Translations under genes and position numbers: made by a program
Assembly (NCBI RefSeq): GCF_001194135.2
Contig: NC_069009.1
Span: 953,450 to 1,017,449, forward strand
Source: Octopus bimaculoides
Taxonomy: Eukaryota
DNA length: 64,000 nucleotides
Direction: 5' to 3'
The notes under the pieces: model-generated
Seen by the model: only the letters and a program-made list of their open reading frames with translations
What the model was told of the DNA's origin: nothing
The model's database searches: none
Shown: in pieces, positions 25,845-38,123 of the stretch
Position numbering within the stretch: position 1 is the first letter of the stretch
Layout: every line of letters starts with the position of its first letter

Positions 25845-25936
25845 AATCCTCCTCTCTCTTGTCACAGTATGCAAATGTTTTCTTTCGTTTTGTATATTTC
25901 TCTTAACAAATTATTTTGCAATAATTCCGTATATAT

Positions 25937-25972
25937 TTATAGAAACAAGGTTATACGTGTTATGTATAACAT
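25937..25972 (-). promoter_or_regulatory. Candidate uORF MLYITRITLFL*
   Basis: One synonymous change (CTG>TTG) relative to 2802-2837. Confidence 0.5.
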
Positions 25973-26595
25973 CTTTGCTCAGTCTTTATGATGTTTAATA
26001 CTAATGTAGTTTATATAAAAATTCTATGATGCAGAGGTCATCTAATAATCTGAAACAAAAGAGAAATAACAGTGTCAAACATACAAGATAATTAGAAAGC
26101 TTCACATATGCCAATTATCAAAATGAATTCAAATTGAAATAAAACAGAAATTCCCTAACCCTGACCCTAAAACCCTAGTGAAAATCGTGCGGGTGTTAAC
26201 CAGCTATTTTTATCCCATGTCTATACCTCAAATCCAACAAGACTTATTTGAATTGTTGTGTAAACTCTGATAGTTTAGTATGAAGGAATTCGGTAGTAAT
26301 AAATTTACGTCGCAACTCTCTACGACAAATTGCCTTACTTCTAAACGCACTGTAAATAAACCAATGTAGTAAATATTTTCTCTTTCTTCACTTCTTTCCA
26401 ACCTGTTAATGAAATTTATTTGTGCAACTATGAAACTGTTTTTATAGCGGCGAAAAAGAACAAACTTATCTTCAACATACATGCACGTTACATACATGTA
26501 CATTCAACATGTCCTTTCAAGTGTCTCGATATATGGTTAAATGTTTACATCTTGACCCAGAAATGAAAAGTTTGTACAAAGAGAAAATGAACTTA

Positions 26596-26763
26596 TATAC
26601 CTGTTGTAATTTGGTTATCTATAGTCCGATCTATCTATAGTTCGAAGAAAGAAAACCGTTGGAAAACAGTTTATAGCAGAGACTCCAGCCTAGAAGATCT
26701 GAAGAAGAAATTGCAATTCCGAAATATCATCGGACTATAGATAACCAAATTACAACAGGTATA
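26596..26763. mobile_element. MITE with ~35-bp perfect terminal inverted repeats, TA-flanked (Tc1/mariner-like)
   Basis: ATATACCTGTTGTAATTTGGTTATCTATAGTCCGAT ... ATCGGACTATAGATAACCAAATTACAACAGGTATAT; absent at the paralogous sites ~22760 and ~46455. Confidence 0.8.
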
Positions 26764-27320
26764 TTAGTCTATTGTTTGTTCTATAGTGCATTGTTGTACC
26801 ATTCTAAACTTTTTATTCTTTATAAATAAAAATAAGATGAAATTATTACTTTACTCACAATTTAATCTCACTCATTATCTTCCATATAGTCCTTTCTCCG
26901 GCAGTTTTGATTCAAAACTGGAAATTCATCCAGAAAAGTTGTTAATTTCTAACGAGAGGTGAAAGAACATCTGACAACATTACCATAGTGATCCTATGGT
27001 AATGGGGAACTTATAAAACGTGCATTGGTTTGCTTTTCAAATACCGAAACGAAATTGTAGTAGTGAACCAAAATTAATGGCAATTATTCAGGCCAAGCAG
27101 TGTTTCTCCTGCTTTGACCTCAAATCTTACCGATGTTAATTTTACCTATCATTGCTTCGGAATAAAAAAAAAACAGAGATCGATGACAGCTACTATTAGG
27201 CCTATTCATAACTTTGCCCCTAATGGATAATTGAAGAAACAATCGTATCAAGAACAACTGACCAAATTGCTAATAAAACACCTTTAGAAAATGCGAATGT
27301 TTTAAAACTGTTTTTATTAA

Positions 27321-27634
27321 TATTACAGCCATAACAAGTTGAGGTACTACTAAATCAGCGCGGACCCGAACGCGCGAGCTAGTCGTGAGTGGTCGATCCT
27401 AACCCTAACCCTAAACACGTATTCATTTACACACGCGGGTTAGGGATAGGGACAGGGTTAGGGTTAGGGACAGGGTTAGGATCGACCACTCAAGACTAGC
27501 TAGCGCGGACGCGCGGCTTTAGTAGTACCTCAAGTTGAATGTATCGTTTCTCGTCCGATTACTGTAGCTAAGCAACGTCGAACCTACTGAGTACTTATGG
27601 TCGAACGCTTAGGAAACCTATGAGTTGTAAGCAT
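27321..27634 (+). pseudogene. 5S rRNA-derived pseudogene split by a MITE
   Basis: TTACAGCCATAACAAGTTGA | insertion | TCAAGTTGAATGTATCGTTTCTCGTCCGAT...AGCTAAGCAACGTCG...GTTGTAAGCA. Confidence 0.85.
27343..27529. mobile_element. 187-bp palindromic MITE, TIR GGTACTACTAAA, ~9-bp TSD (ACAAGTTGA/TCAAGTTGA), telomere-like arms
   Basis: TIRs and TSD read directly. A 9-bp TSD with G-start is Mutator-like (inference). Confidence 0.85.
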
Positions 27635-28154
27635 CTCACACACCTTTTTAAGACGGTGAGCTAGCAGAACCGTTAAGCGCTGGACGAAATGCTTAGCAGT
27701 TCTAAGTCCGCCGAGTTCGACTTTGCCTTTCATCCTTTCGGTGTCGATAAATAAGTACTAGTTGAGTGCTGGGGTTGATGTAATTGATGAGTCCCCTTCC
27801 CCGAATTTCAGGCCTTTAGAGGTAGCTTAGTGTACAGTAATACAGATAAATTCCTCTATTTACATAATTTCGAGGTCTCTTTCTTTCTTTTGTTGTCTTA
27901 CCTTTTCTATCAATATTTGCACCACTTTTCTGAGAGTACGTAGTAGCCAGTCAGAGTTATATAACTGCTGAAAGTCTCCCGTAAGGGTGAATGTATGATT
28001 CAAATTTAATTGGTGTTACTGTATTTACCTACGGGCTTGTGATTTTGTATTTGTTTTCGCTAACGAGCGAGGATTTTGACCAAAAATAAATTGAATAAAC
28101 ATAAACGTGTAGCATATCAGCGATCGAAAGAGAATACTTAGAATATAATATAGC

Positions 28155-28170
28155 GGCCCTAAAAAGGGCC
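28155..28170 (-). terminator. Histone 3' stem-loop of H3 (GGCCCT TTTT AGGGCC)
   Basis: Perfect 6-bp stem with a 4-nt loop, ~30 nt after the H3 stop. Confidence 0.9.
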
Positions 28171-28199
28171 ATTTAAGATACTGACAAAGCAACAGCGAC

Positions 28200-28619
<420 letters not shown>

Positions 28620-28789
28620 TCAACAAATAATGAATAAATGACGAGACCAACCGTCNNNNNNNNNNNNNNNNNNNNNNNNNNNNNNNNNNNNNNNNNNNNN
28701 NNNNNNNNNNNNNAAATCGGGCGGGAAGATAGCTTTCTTAGATTTCCAAATGACAGCTGCCCGCCAAACCGAGACTGCTGCTGATATGA

Positions 28790-29233
<444 letters not shown>

Positions 29234-29264
29234 GCTTAGAATTTTAGGCTTCTTCAAACATACC

Positions 29265-29280
29265 GGCCCTTTTCAAGGCC
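29265..29280 (+). terminator. Histone 3' stem-loop of H4 (GGCCCT TTTC AAGGCC, one C-A mismatch)
   Basis: ~30 nt after the H4 stop, followed by ACCTA. Confidence 0.85.
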
Positions 29281-30290
29281 ACCTACTATTTAATTTAAGT
29301 CAGCTCTTCTAAATCGATGTGCTTCATTTTGTTTAGGCGTTAATTTGCAGCTAGTGGTTTTCAAGGTGCACCCTTTTCCGGAAAACATGGATGGATGATC
29401 ACATCCGCTCAATGCACTTGATCGATCCTTTACGAAATGTTTACTCTAAACAATTTACGTTTTATATCGGTAAATCAATTATTTCTGGACACTTGCAATC
29501 ACGATCTAATAGGGACGAGAGAAAATGAAAACTAATATTTGTGCCAACTAATCGATCGTTCAGCAGTGGAAAAAATCTGTCCCATCGGACGGCTGTGTCT
29601 CGGCAAATATCGTTAATGAGCTATGTTGTCGTTCCATTCATTATGCTGAAGACGATGGAAAAAATATATTTAAATAAAAAAAATATAGTACTGTTTCTAC
29701 TTCAGGTGTTAGCGGCTGACTGCACGCGTTTGACGTTCTGATTCAATATGGGGAAGTCTGAAAATATCTAACTAAAAATATGAAAATAAGGAAGGTATCA
29801 GACGGTTGTTAAGATGCAAACATGTTTGTTTATATATATTCGCTTTGCAAACATGTTTGTTTATATATATTCGATCATTGGTGACTGAGAACTTGTAAGT
29901 AATTGACCGAAAATATGAAAATAAGGGAGGTATCAGACGGGGCAAAAAAAATGTGATTAAAAAGAATTTGCAAACGTTTGTTTATATATATTCGCGGCTT
30001 TTTTAGAACAATAAAAATGGATGAATGAAATTTTTTGCATACATCATCTTGTATGTTCTATACTTTTTTTAATTGCATTTCATTTTCCTATTTAGGTGTT
30101 TCTAAAAGACCACTCGGAAAATTCACCAGATCCGAGTTTTCCCGTATTTTTTCTTTAAAAAAATTATAAATACCTGTGCTTCGATGTACACAAATCGTAC
30201 GTTTCCTCCCCCAATCCATTCTATCGCAGAAATTAATTCGGAGAAAATAGATCGCAAATCAGAGAATCGGAATTAACTTTCATGAGAATA

Positions 30291-30311
30291 TGGGTGGTCC
30301 TGAAAAGGACC
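30291..30311 (-). terminator. Orphan histone-type stem-loop GGTCCT TTTC AGGACC + ACCCA
   Basis: Consensus 16-nt hairpin plus ACCCA, but no histone ORF upstream. Confidence 0.6.
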
Positions 30312-33300
30312 GGTATTCGATGAACAGAAAACTAAGCAGGTTTACTTTTGAAGCTTGTTAGAATGACATTCTAATGGATAAAAGGGCCCAGCAACAAGAT
30401 TCGCCCTCTCTTTAACCCGTGAGCACTTGCAGAACACATTTCTCTGGCTGGGCCTCTAGGCTAATAGGCTTGTCGTGTCTCCTGAGGCAATGGGCCCGCG
30501 TAACGAAGAACGGCGAACTCACAGTGCATGAGATGGCTACAAAGAGCAACGCACTTCACCCCTGTGTATAGTGTAAATAAAACTGTTTGAGAACCTGCTA
30601 GAGGGAATTGGGACCTGATTACTTCAGTCCTTGGTAAATTCTACTCTCGTAACTATTTTCACAGCTTCATATTCAAGTAGCTTGATTTTCCAAATAGCTG
30701 TTTTTTTATAGTTCTATATATGGATGCACAATCAACAGTCATATGCTTTAATCATTTAAACTGTACAACAAACGTTTTATTTTAGTCTTTGGTCAGTAAG
30801 TGTTATTTCCTGTTTGATTCTGTTTACAAGTCAAAGGTTTAGTAGAAAGTGGGTTATACATCTTTAGATTGTATACGTGACTTTCTACTATAAAATTAAA
30901 GAAATAGACGGAACGCTGAATTGGTAAAACATACATATATTTAGTTATACATCTTTAGAGGTGAGAATAACGAGCTGTCGAGTATAAGACCGAAAGATGT
31001 AGGGACAGCTTTTAAACACGTCCATGCTCAATCGCTGGCCAGCGAGAATGAGAATGAATTGAGCGGGAAACGCTTGCTTGTTTTATTCTACGCAGGCGTT
31101 ACTACAAAGGAAATAGCTACGATTCCCTGTGCTGAGTTGCTGAAGCAGAAATATTGACGTAACAAATATCACCAGAGCATATCAAACAATCTGTGATAAG
31201 GAGCAGGAGTAGTGGGTAAGTGCCATAGCTATGTGTTTTAAATATATGTAACTCAATCTATTGAGAATAATATATTAGATATAACTGTTACGTACTCAAA
31301 AACAAGGTATACATACACTTGTACGTGCGTTCATGTATCCGGATACTATGCATGGAGATATATCTATATCTGTACGTTTGCTTAAGGATATGTGGATATA
31401 TAAGTGTATGTATATGGTTACTAGGGTGTAACTGTAAGATATGTGTGGAGATGTATGCGTATATTCATGTATGTCGAGCTATGCATAACGAGGTGTACAT
31501 GTATACGCTCTAGTATGTTGGCGAATGTATCTGGATGAGGGCGTGTCTATATACACACATATACATATACTGTGACTTCTAAGTTAGTGTATAGATAAGT
31601 TTATAAAGCTAAGAATTTTTAGTGGTGTGTTTGGGATGGTCACTGACCATTCATCACAATGATATCAAATTACAACCTTAATCTACATTTCAACGAGTGG
31701 TCTAGCTAAAAAATTATTTGTGACCACTAACATCTCATCCAAGCCAACATCCTGTTCTCAATTCTATAGCATTTTATCTCTTATTATACTTTGTTTTTAT
31801 TTCCTTTGTTACTTTATTCCAGTTTTGCTAAATCTTATTTATATATGTATCTAACTTTATTATCCTTATTTTTACTTTTATTTTTATACTTTATTTTTTA
31901 CCTTTTTTCTTTTCTTTCTATCTTATACACGCCAGTTAAATATAAACTCAATCCAATCTATTTAACATTCACTCTATGCTGAATAGTGGTACAGTATGGG
32001 CAGATTTTTGAAATCCAACGAACCTCTATACAAATATACCTTTTTAAAGGGATGTGATAAACCTATTATAATGGATAATACTAAGTGTACTTTTTCTTTT
32101 GTGATGTAATCTTTGGACTAAAAATTGTTGGCTGCTGAAGAGAGTTTTAAACCATCTTTTATATCAATAATATACCTATGGTGATGTAATAACAGATTGT
32201 TTATAAAGTTTGAAACATGTGTACCACGATATCCTTTGTGTTTTGTTTTCAATTTATGTTTGATATATTCTCTCACCTCTGCCACTATCTGGCATATACA
32301 GTCGCTTTTACACCGACTTCAAAAAATCCACGCCCCCACATATATAAAAAAAATTATAAGATTTTACGGAAAGCGACGATTTTTTTTTTGACAAGTATAG
32401 TACTCATCGAAATTTAGCCAAAATACATTGCAGAGTGTGTAGATTGCAATTACATTTGAATCGAATATATTTAAAAACAAATTGGCGGGCTCGTACCCAT
32501 ATATATTAGCACACGTCACATATATATATATAGAAAATGAAACGGTGATCTTTCGATACCAACCCTCCTTTTTGCTTGAGCGTTTGTTTACATCAATTCG
32601 GCAATTTCCGTAATGAAAGAGGGAAAGGATGTTAGTCAGCGACAGCTTTGATTTGTTAGGTAGCAGACAGCAGGGACCCCCTCTCTTAAGAACACATGCC
32701 AGTTATCTCTCTTTGCACCTCTCTTAAGAACACATGCAAATTATCTCTCGCTTTCTCTCTCTATCTCTAACAGTAACCCTAACATTAACCCATATATATT
32801 AGTACACGTAACATATATATATAGAAAATGAAACTTGAAACTATTTTCCTTTTCCCTTCAATTTGCGATATAATCTTAATTAAGACACTCTGAAAAGTAT
32901 GTATATGTGAATGTATGTATGTATAGGACTGTGTGAGCCCGTATGTATGATATGTATTTTTATGTATGTATACGACTCCTCTTACTACGTACACGCCTAC
33001 CATGTTTGCATTCTATTGGTGCAGAATCTTACATCATAAAATAGTGAACAGCAAATGTCACGCAATACTAGTTCTCGGGTAAATGTTTTTTTTTTCTTTC
33101 CTGTTGGGCAGGGCCGGATTAAGACTCATCGAGGCCCTAAGCACTTATAAGATTTTGGTAGATTATGTAATTCAAAATATAAACAATAACAAACGATAAT
33201 ATATATATATATATTGAAAACGAAAGAATTTCTGGAGATGTACTCACATAGCAAGTGACTTAATCTTAGATCGTGTGCTGGTGTTTATAAGCCATTTCAG

Positions 33301-34487
33301 AAACACACAAAAACAGTTAGATACACTAATGAAGCAATACGCAGGAAAGAGAAGGCGTCATAAGAAAACTTACGTTAAAAATAACATGCACACGATTTTT
33401 TTTCTCAATAGAAGTAAATTCCAAAGTAAACGTTTCTAGTAGAGAAGTAGGAGAGAACAGGACATAACTACAGAGAAATCTACGGATGCACATACGCACA
33501 TAATAGAGAAAAATGAAACAATTATGGACGACTTGCTCCGAAACACCACCGAGTGGGGAACGCTTCTCAAAAATAACCTGCAGTTGTTTCCTTCAAAATT
33601 CCTACATGCTCGAAATGTACATACATCAAGGTATATTTGTAGAAAATTTCACGAAAAAATATTCATTTTCCTGGAGTTTAAGTGGACTCTGTTGGAATTT
33701 CCGAAAATTGTCCCCCACCCCCATTCCAAAACACTTTCACTAAAAGCCCATCTTTTTTGTATGTGTATGAAAGTGGCTAGGGATCATTCGTATTTGCTTT
33801 ATTTGATTCTGTAAAATCCAGATACGCATACACTTCTCCGTGCTTAATTAGCTTAGGCGAAGCAAAAATAATTTTTCGTTTTCAGAGTTGACTACATCCG
33901 ATATAAAAGAAAGTCAGATGTTTGAACTGTTCAGCATCATAAATTTCCCAGAGTTAAATAAAACTGTTGGACACTCTATCTGTACCTACTTAATCTTCAG
34001 TGTAGAATTTACATATATACACACACACAAAATTGTGTACGCGCAACCATAAGGCTACCTTTCCACAAAGATTTCCTTAAAAAAATTCTTGTGGCCAAAT
34101 ATTGTTATGTTATTTATTCATGTATGCAGTTTTAATTTACAGTGGATCGCTTGAAATAATTAAGAAAAAGAATGTTAATTAGCTTATTTCAATTAAATAA
34201 TGTAAACGTTTTATAAAAGATATTTATGGTATTTCACTCGTTATATTTAAAGCAGTCATCATCATCAATTATAACAGCTTGAAATAATTAAGATTGCTAA
34301 TTAGGTTTATGTAGTTATTTTGCAGCTTATTTCTTTAAAGCAATCTAGGATGGCTGTGTGGTAAGAAGCTTGCATTCCAGCCACATTGGTATGTTATCGC
34401 GACAGTTTGTTTTTCTCAACCTGACCTGCAGCGGACCCTGGGCTATAAACTTTGTTATTTTGCAGCTTTTGAAAATTATTTTTTCAG

Positions 34488-35385
34488 ATGATGGCCGTTT
34501 GGTACCTGCTCTGCTCTTTGTCTGCAATATTTTGTAAGTTTTATTTTTTTTTTATTCTATTTTTTTCCATAACTTATTTTTGTTAAGGCAAACCTACTCA
34601 GGTGCACAGAGGTCTGGAATGGGTCACTCACATAAGTTGGATTTTCTTTGTTTTGACAAGGATTTTTCCAATTTTGTTTTCACCACAGCTTTAGAAATGA
34701 TGCATTTTATTGGAAGAAATTTTTGGAAAATTTATGATTTTCCACCACAATCCAACTTATAAACTATCTACCTCATTAACAACTTATATACAGAACCTCA
34801 GGTCCCAAAACATTCCCTAGTTGATTAACAGTGAGCCATCACACCCACCCCATACAACACTAATCTTGGCATTGTTTATAAGAATCACCCACTATCTTTC
34901 AAAACCACAACCCCTCATTATTTAATAAATTCTCAGATGCAATCCTCTCATGTAAACACAGATCCTATTCATTGTTTGCTGATTATGTTAAATCTATGTA
35001 ATTCCTTGATTACGATTAACCTTAAGTTACAACTTAGTTGCACTAGTGACATATCACTTCCACTAATACCACCTCCCCCATTCTAAATATTTCCTTAAGA
35101 TTACCTTTACACATTCCTGCTACCCAGCACATACCCCTTTACAAAGGACCCCGTCCTCATACTTTGAATTCTTACCTGATCATCTTAGTACTTCCTACTC
35201 CTACTTTTACTACCAACTCCCTCTATTTACTCATACATGTCTACATACCTCAGTACTTTCATGTGCCACCGACCCATCTTCCTTTTTCAGATTTCCCCTT
35301 TGCTACACTACTAGCATCTGTAAACTTTTGTTTTCATCTTTTACAGGTTTGACAAGTGCAAACACTTATAAAATCACCCAAAGTG
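34488..35385 (+). CDS. Incomplete Ig-like family copy: leader exons join(34488..34533,35347..35385) = MMAVWYLLCSLSAIFCLTSANTYKITQSG
   Basis: Canonical AG/GT sites, phase 1, homologous to the leader exons of the two complete copies. The Ig exon is not visible (N gaps follow). Confidence 0.6.
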
Positions 35386-38123
35386 GTAAGTAAATTCACA
35401 AACCTTTTTTTTCTCCTTTTAAACTAGACACTATCTTTTCAGTTCTGTCTTCTATTTCTTTCTCTTAACTCATAGCTTTTAGTCAGTTTTGCTTTTTGGT
35501 TTCTTAAAATGTTTTTATTTTGACCATTGAGAAAGGCTAAAGAGCCAGAAACTCACATCAGGGAATGCACTGGAGCAGGGGTTTTCAACCAGGGTCATGA
35601 TGGCTTGTGGAGATTCATATAGGATGGCCACCTTCATTCTTGCCATGGATCCAACAAGCCACAGCATTGTGGTGAGCGCCATTCCATGCATTGGCAAGAC
35701 TTCTATTCCTTGATGACCTTTCTAACACCCACCACTTTACAACATGTAGTGGCTGCTTTTCTTTATTGCACCACCACTGAATTGGTTACCATGTAGCTGC
35801 GATTATGATAGTCATTCTAAATAGGATTGTGGTTATGATGTTTGTCATCATCATTCAATGTCCATGTTTCATGCAGAATTCGTTGCCCCTTTTTAATGCC
35901 AAACATTTTACAGAGTACTGGAGGCTTTTTTTACATGGCACCAACATTAGTAAGTCGCCAAGTAACTGTGAAGGCAAAGAAAGTGGAAGGAAAAAGCCCT
36001 GACTGAAGAGCATACCAGGTGTCGAGAGGTTAAAATAAGTGGGGTGGGTGTAATTGGATAGAGACATGGTTTAATCAGACATACACCCACGTCTGATGAA
36101 ACCATGTCTCAGTAAACATAAATCTCATTAAGTTCAATCTCGTTAGGTTAAGTGTAATAAGATGTTTAATTTATTTTGATAATCTATTTTGCACATTTTA
36201 CCTCTTAATTTCCATGGCAAAAATATTAACCCTTTAGCATTCAAATTACTCAGTCAAATGTAATGCTNNNNNNNNNNNNNNNNNNNNNNNNNNNNNNNNN
36301 NNNNNNNNNNNNNNNNNNNNNNNNNNNNNNNNNNNNNNNNNNNNNNNNNNNNNNNNNNNNNNNNNNNAAAAGTTTTAGATTCAGGCATGATTTTGTTGCC
36401 TCATAACTTCTAGAAAAATGGATACTTTTCAATGAAACTTTCAACAAACAATCTCTTAGATCATACACATTGAGCGTATGTAAAGATTTGTTGGAAAAAA
36501 AAATTTTCCGAGAGGAGTTTCGGAAAATTCACACGACCCGACATTTCATAACTTCTCAGAATTTTCGTAACTTTCAGGAAAATGGGTATTTTTTAAGGAA
36601 ATTTTACACAAATACCTTTCAAACAGCGTAGATGACGATTACAAAGACATCTGGGCATAACTACAGGGTTTTACCCCCTAGACTTTAGGAGGTCATAACT
36701 TTCAGAAAAATGAATATTTTTTAATGAAATTTTCTATGCATATAGTATTTTGGTAAATATGTTACTTACGTGGAAAAAATGCCATGTTCTAGAACCGCAA
36801 TTTCCGCTCTTGTCTACCTGTAATTAAAAAAACAAAAATCAAGAGATTTGGCTGCTATTTCTAGCATGTGTAGAGACCTCCTATGCTTAACTTCATGCGC
36901 AAATAACAGATTGTTCTCGTGGGTGTATACGGGGTGGAAGGGGGGAGGGTCACATGGCGGAGATGTAAACGGAACCCTACCCCGCTTTAGTTTTTTTTTT
37001 TTCTTTTTTAACAGANNNNNNNNNNNNNNNNNNNNNNNNNNNNNNNNNNNNNNNNNNNNNNNNNNNNNNNNNNNNNNNNNNNNNNNNNNNNNNNNNNNNN
37101 NNNNNNNNNNNNNNNNNNNNNNNNNNNNNNNNNNNNNNNNNNNNNNNNNNNNNNNNNNNNNNNNNNNNNNNNNNNNNNNNNNNNNNNNNNNNNNNNNNNN
37201 NNNNNNNNNNNNNNNNNNNNNNNNNNNNNNNNNNNNNNNNNNNNNNNNNNNNNNNNNNNNNNNNNNNNNNNNNNNNNNNNNNNNNNNNNNNNNNNNNNNN
37301 NNNNNNNNNNNNNNNNNNNNNNNNNNNNNNNNNNNNNNNNNNNNNNNNNNNNNNNNNNNNNNNNNNNNNNNNNNNNNNNNNNNNNNNNNNNNNNNNNNNN
37401 NNNNNNNNNNNNNNNNNNNNNNNNNNNNNNNNNNNNNNNNNNNNNNNNNNNNNNNNNNNNNNNNNNNNNNNNNNNNNNNNNNNNNNNNNNNNNNNNNNNN
37501 NNNNNNNNNNNNNNNNNNNNNNNNNNNNNNNNNNNNNNNNNNNNNNNNNNNNNNNNNNNNNNNNNNNNNNNNNNNNNNNNNNNNNNNNNNNNNNNNNNNN
37601 NNNNNNNNNNNNNNNNNNNNNNNNNNNNNNNNNNNNNNNNNNNNNNNNNNNNNNNNNNNNNNNNNNNNNNNNNNNNNNNNNNNNNNNNNNNNNNNNNNNN
37701 NNNNNNNNNNNNNNNNNNNNNNNNNNNNNNNNNNNNNNNNNNNNNNNNNNNNNNNNNNNNNNNNNNNNNNNNNNNNNNNNNNNNNNNNNNNNNNNNNNNN
37801 NNNNNNNNNNNNNNNNNNNNNNNNNNNNNNNNNNNNNNNNNNNNNNNNNNNNNNNNNNNNNNNNNNNNNNNNNNNNNNNNNNNNNNNNNNNNNNNNNNNN
37901 NNNNNNNNNNNNNNNNNNNNNNNNNNNNNNNNNNNNNNNNNNNNNNNNNNNNNNNNNNNNNNNNNNNNNNNTTATTATTATTGTGTTGTATTTTTTACAG
38001 AAACCCACCGTTTTCGTATCAGGCTTTCACCTTTTTACATACTATTGTTTGTTTGTTGTAAAATTAGTGTAACTCAAATAATTTCTGTTGTTTTTCAGTT
38101 TCAGAAAATAATTTTTACAGATC

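Noticed and set aside
30655-30720. Possible H2A/H2B body beyond the putative LTR
   Set aside because: No minus-strand frame gives recognisable histone sequence.
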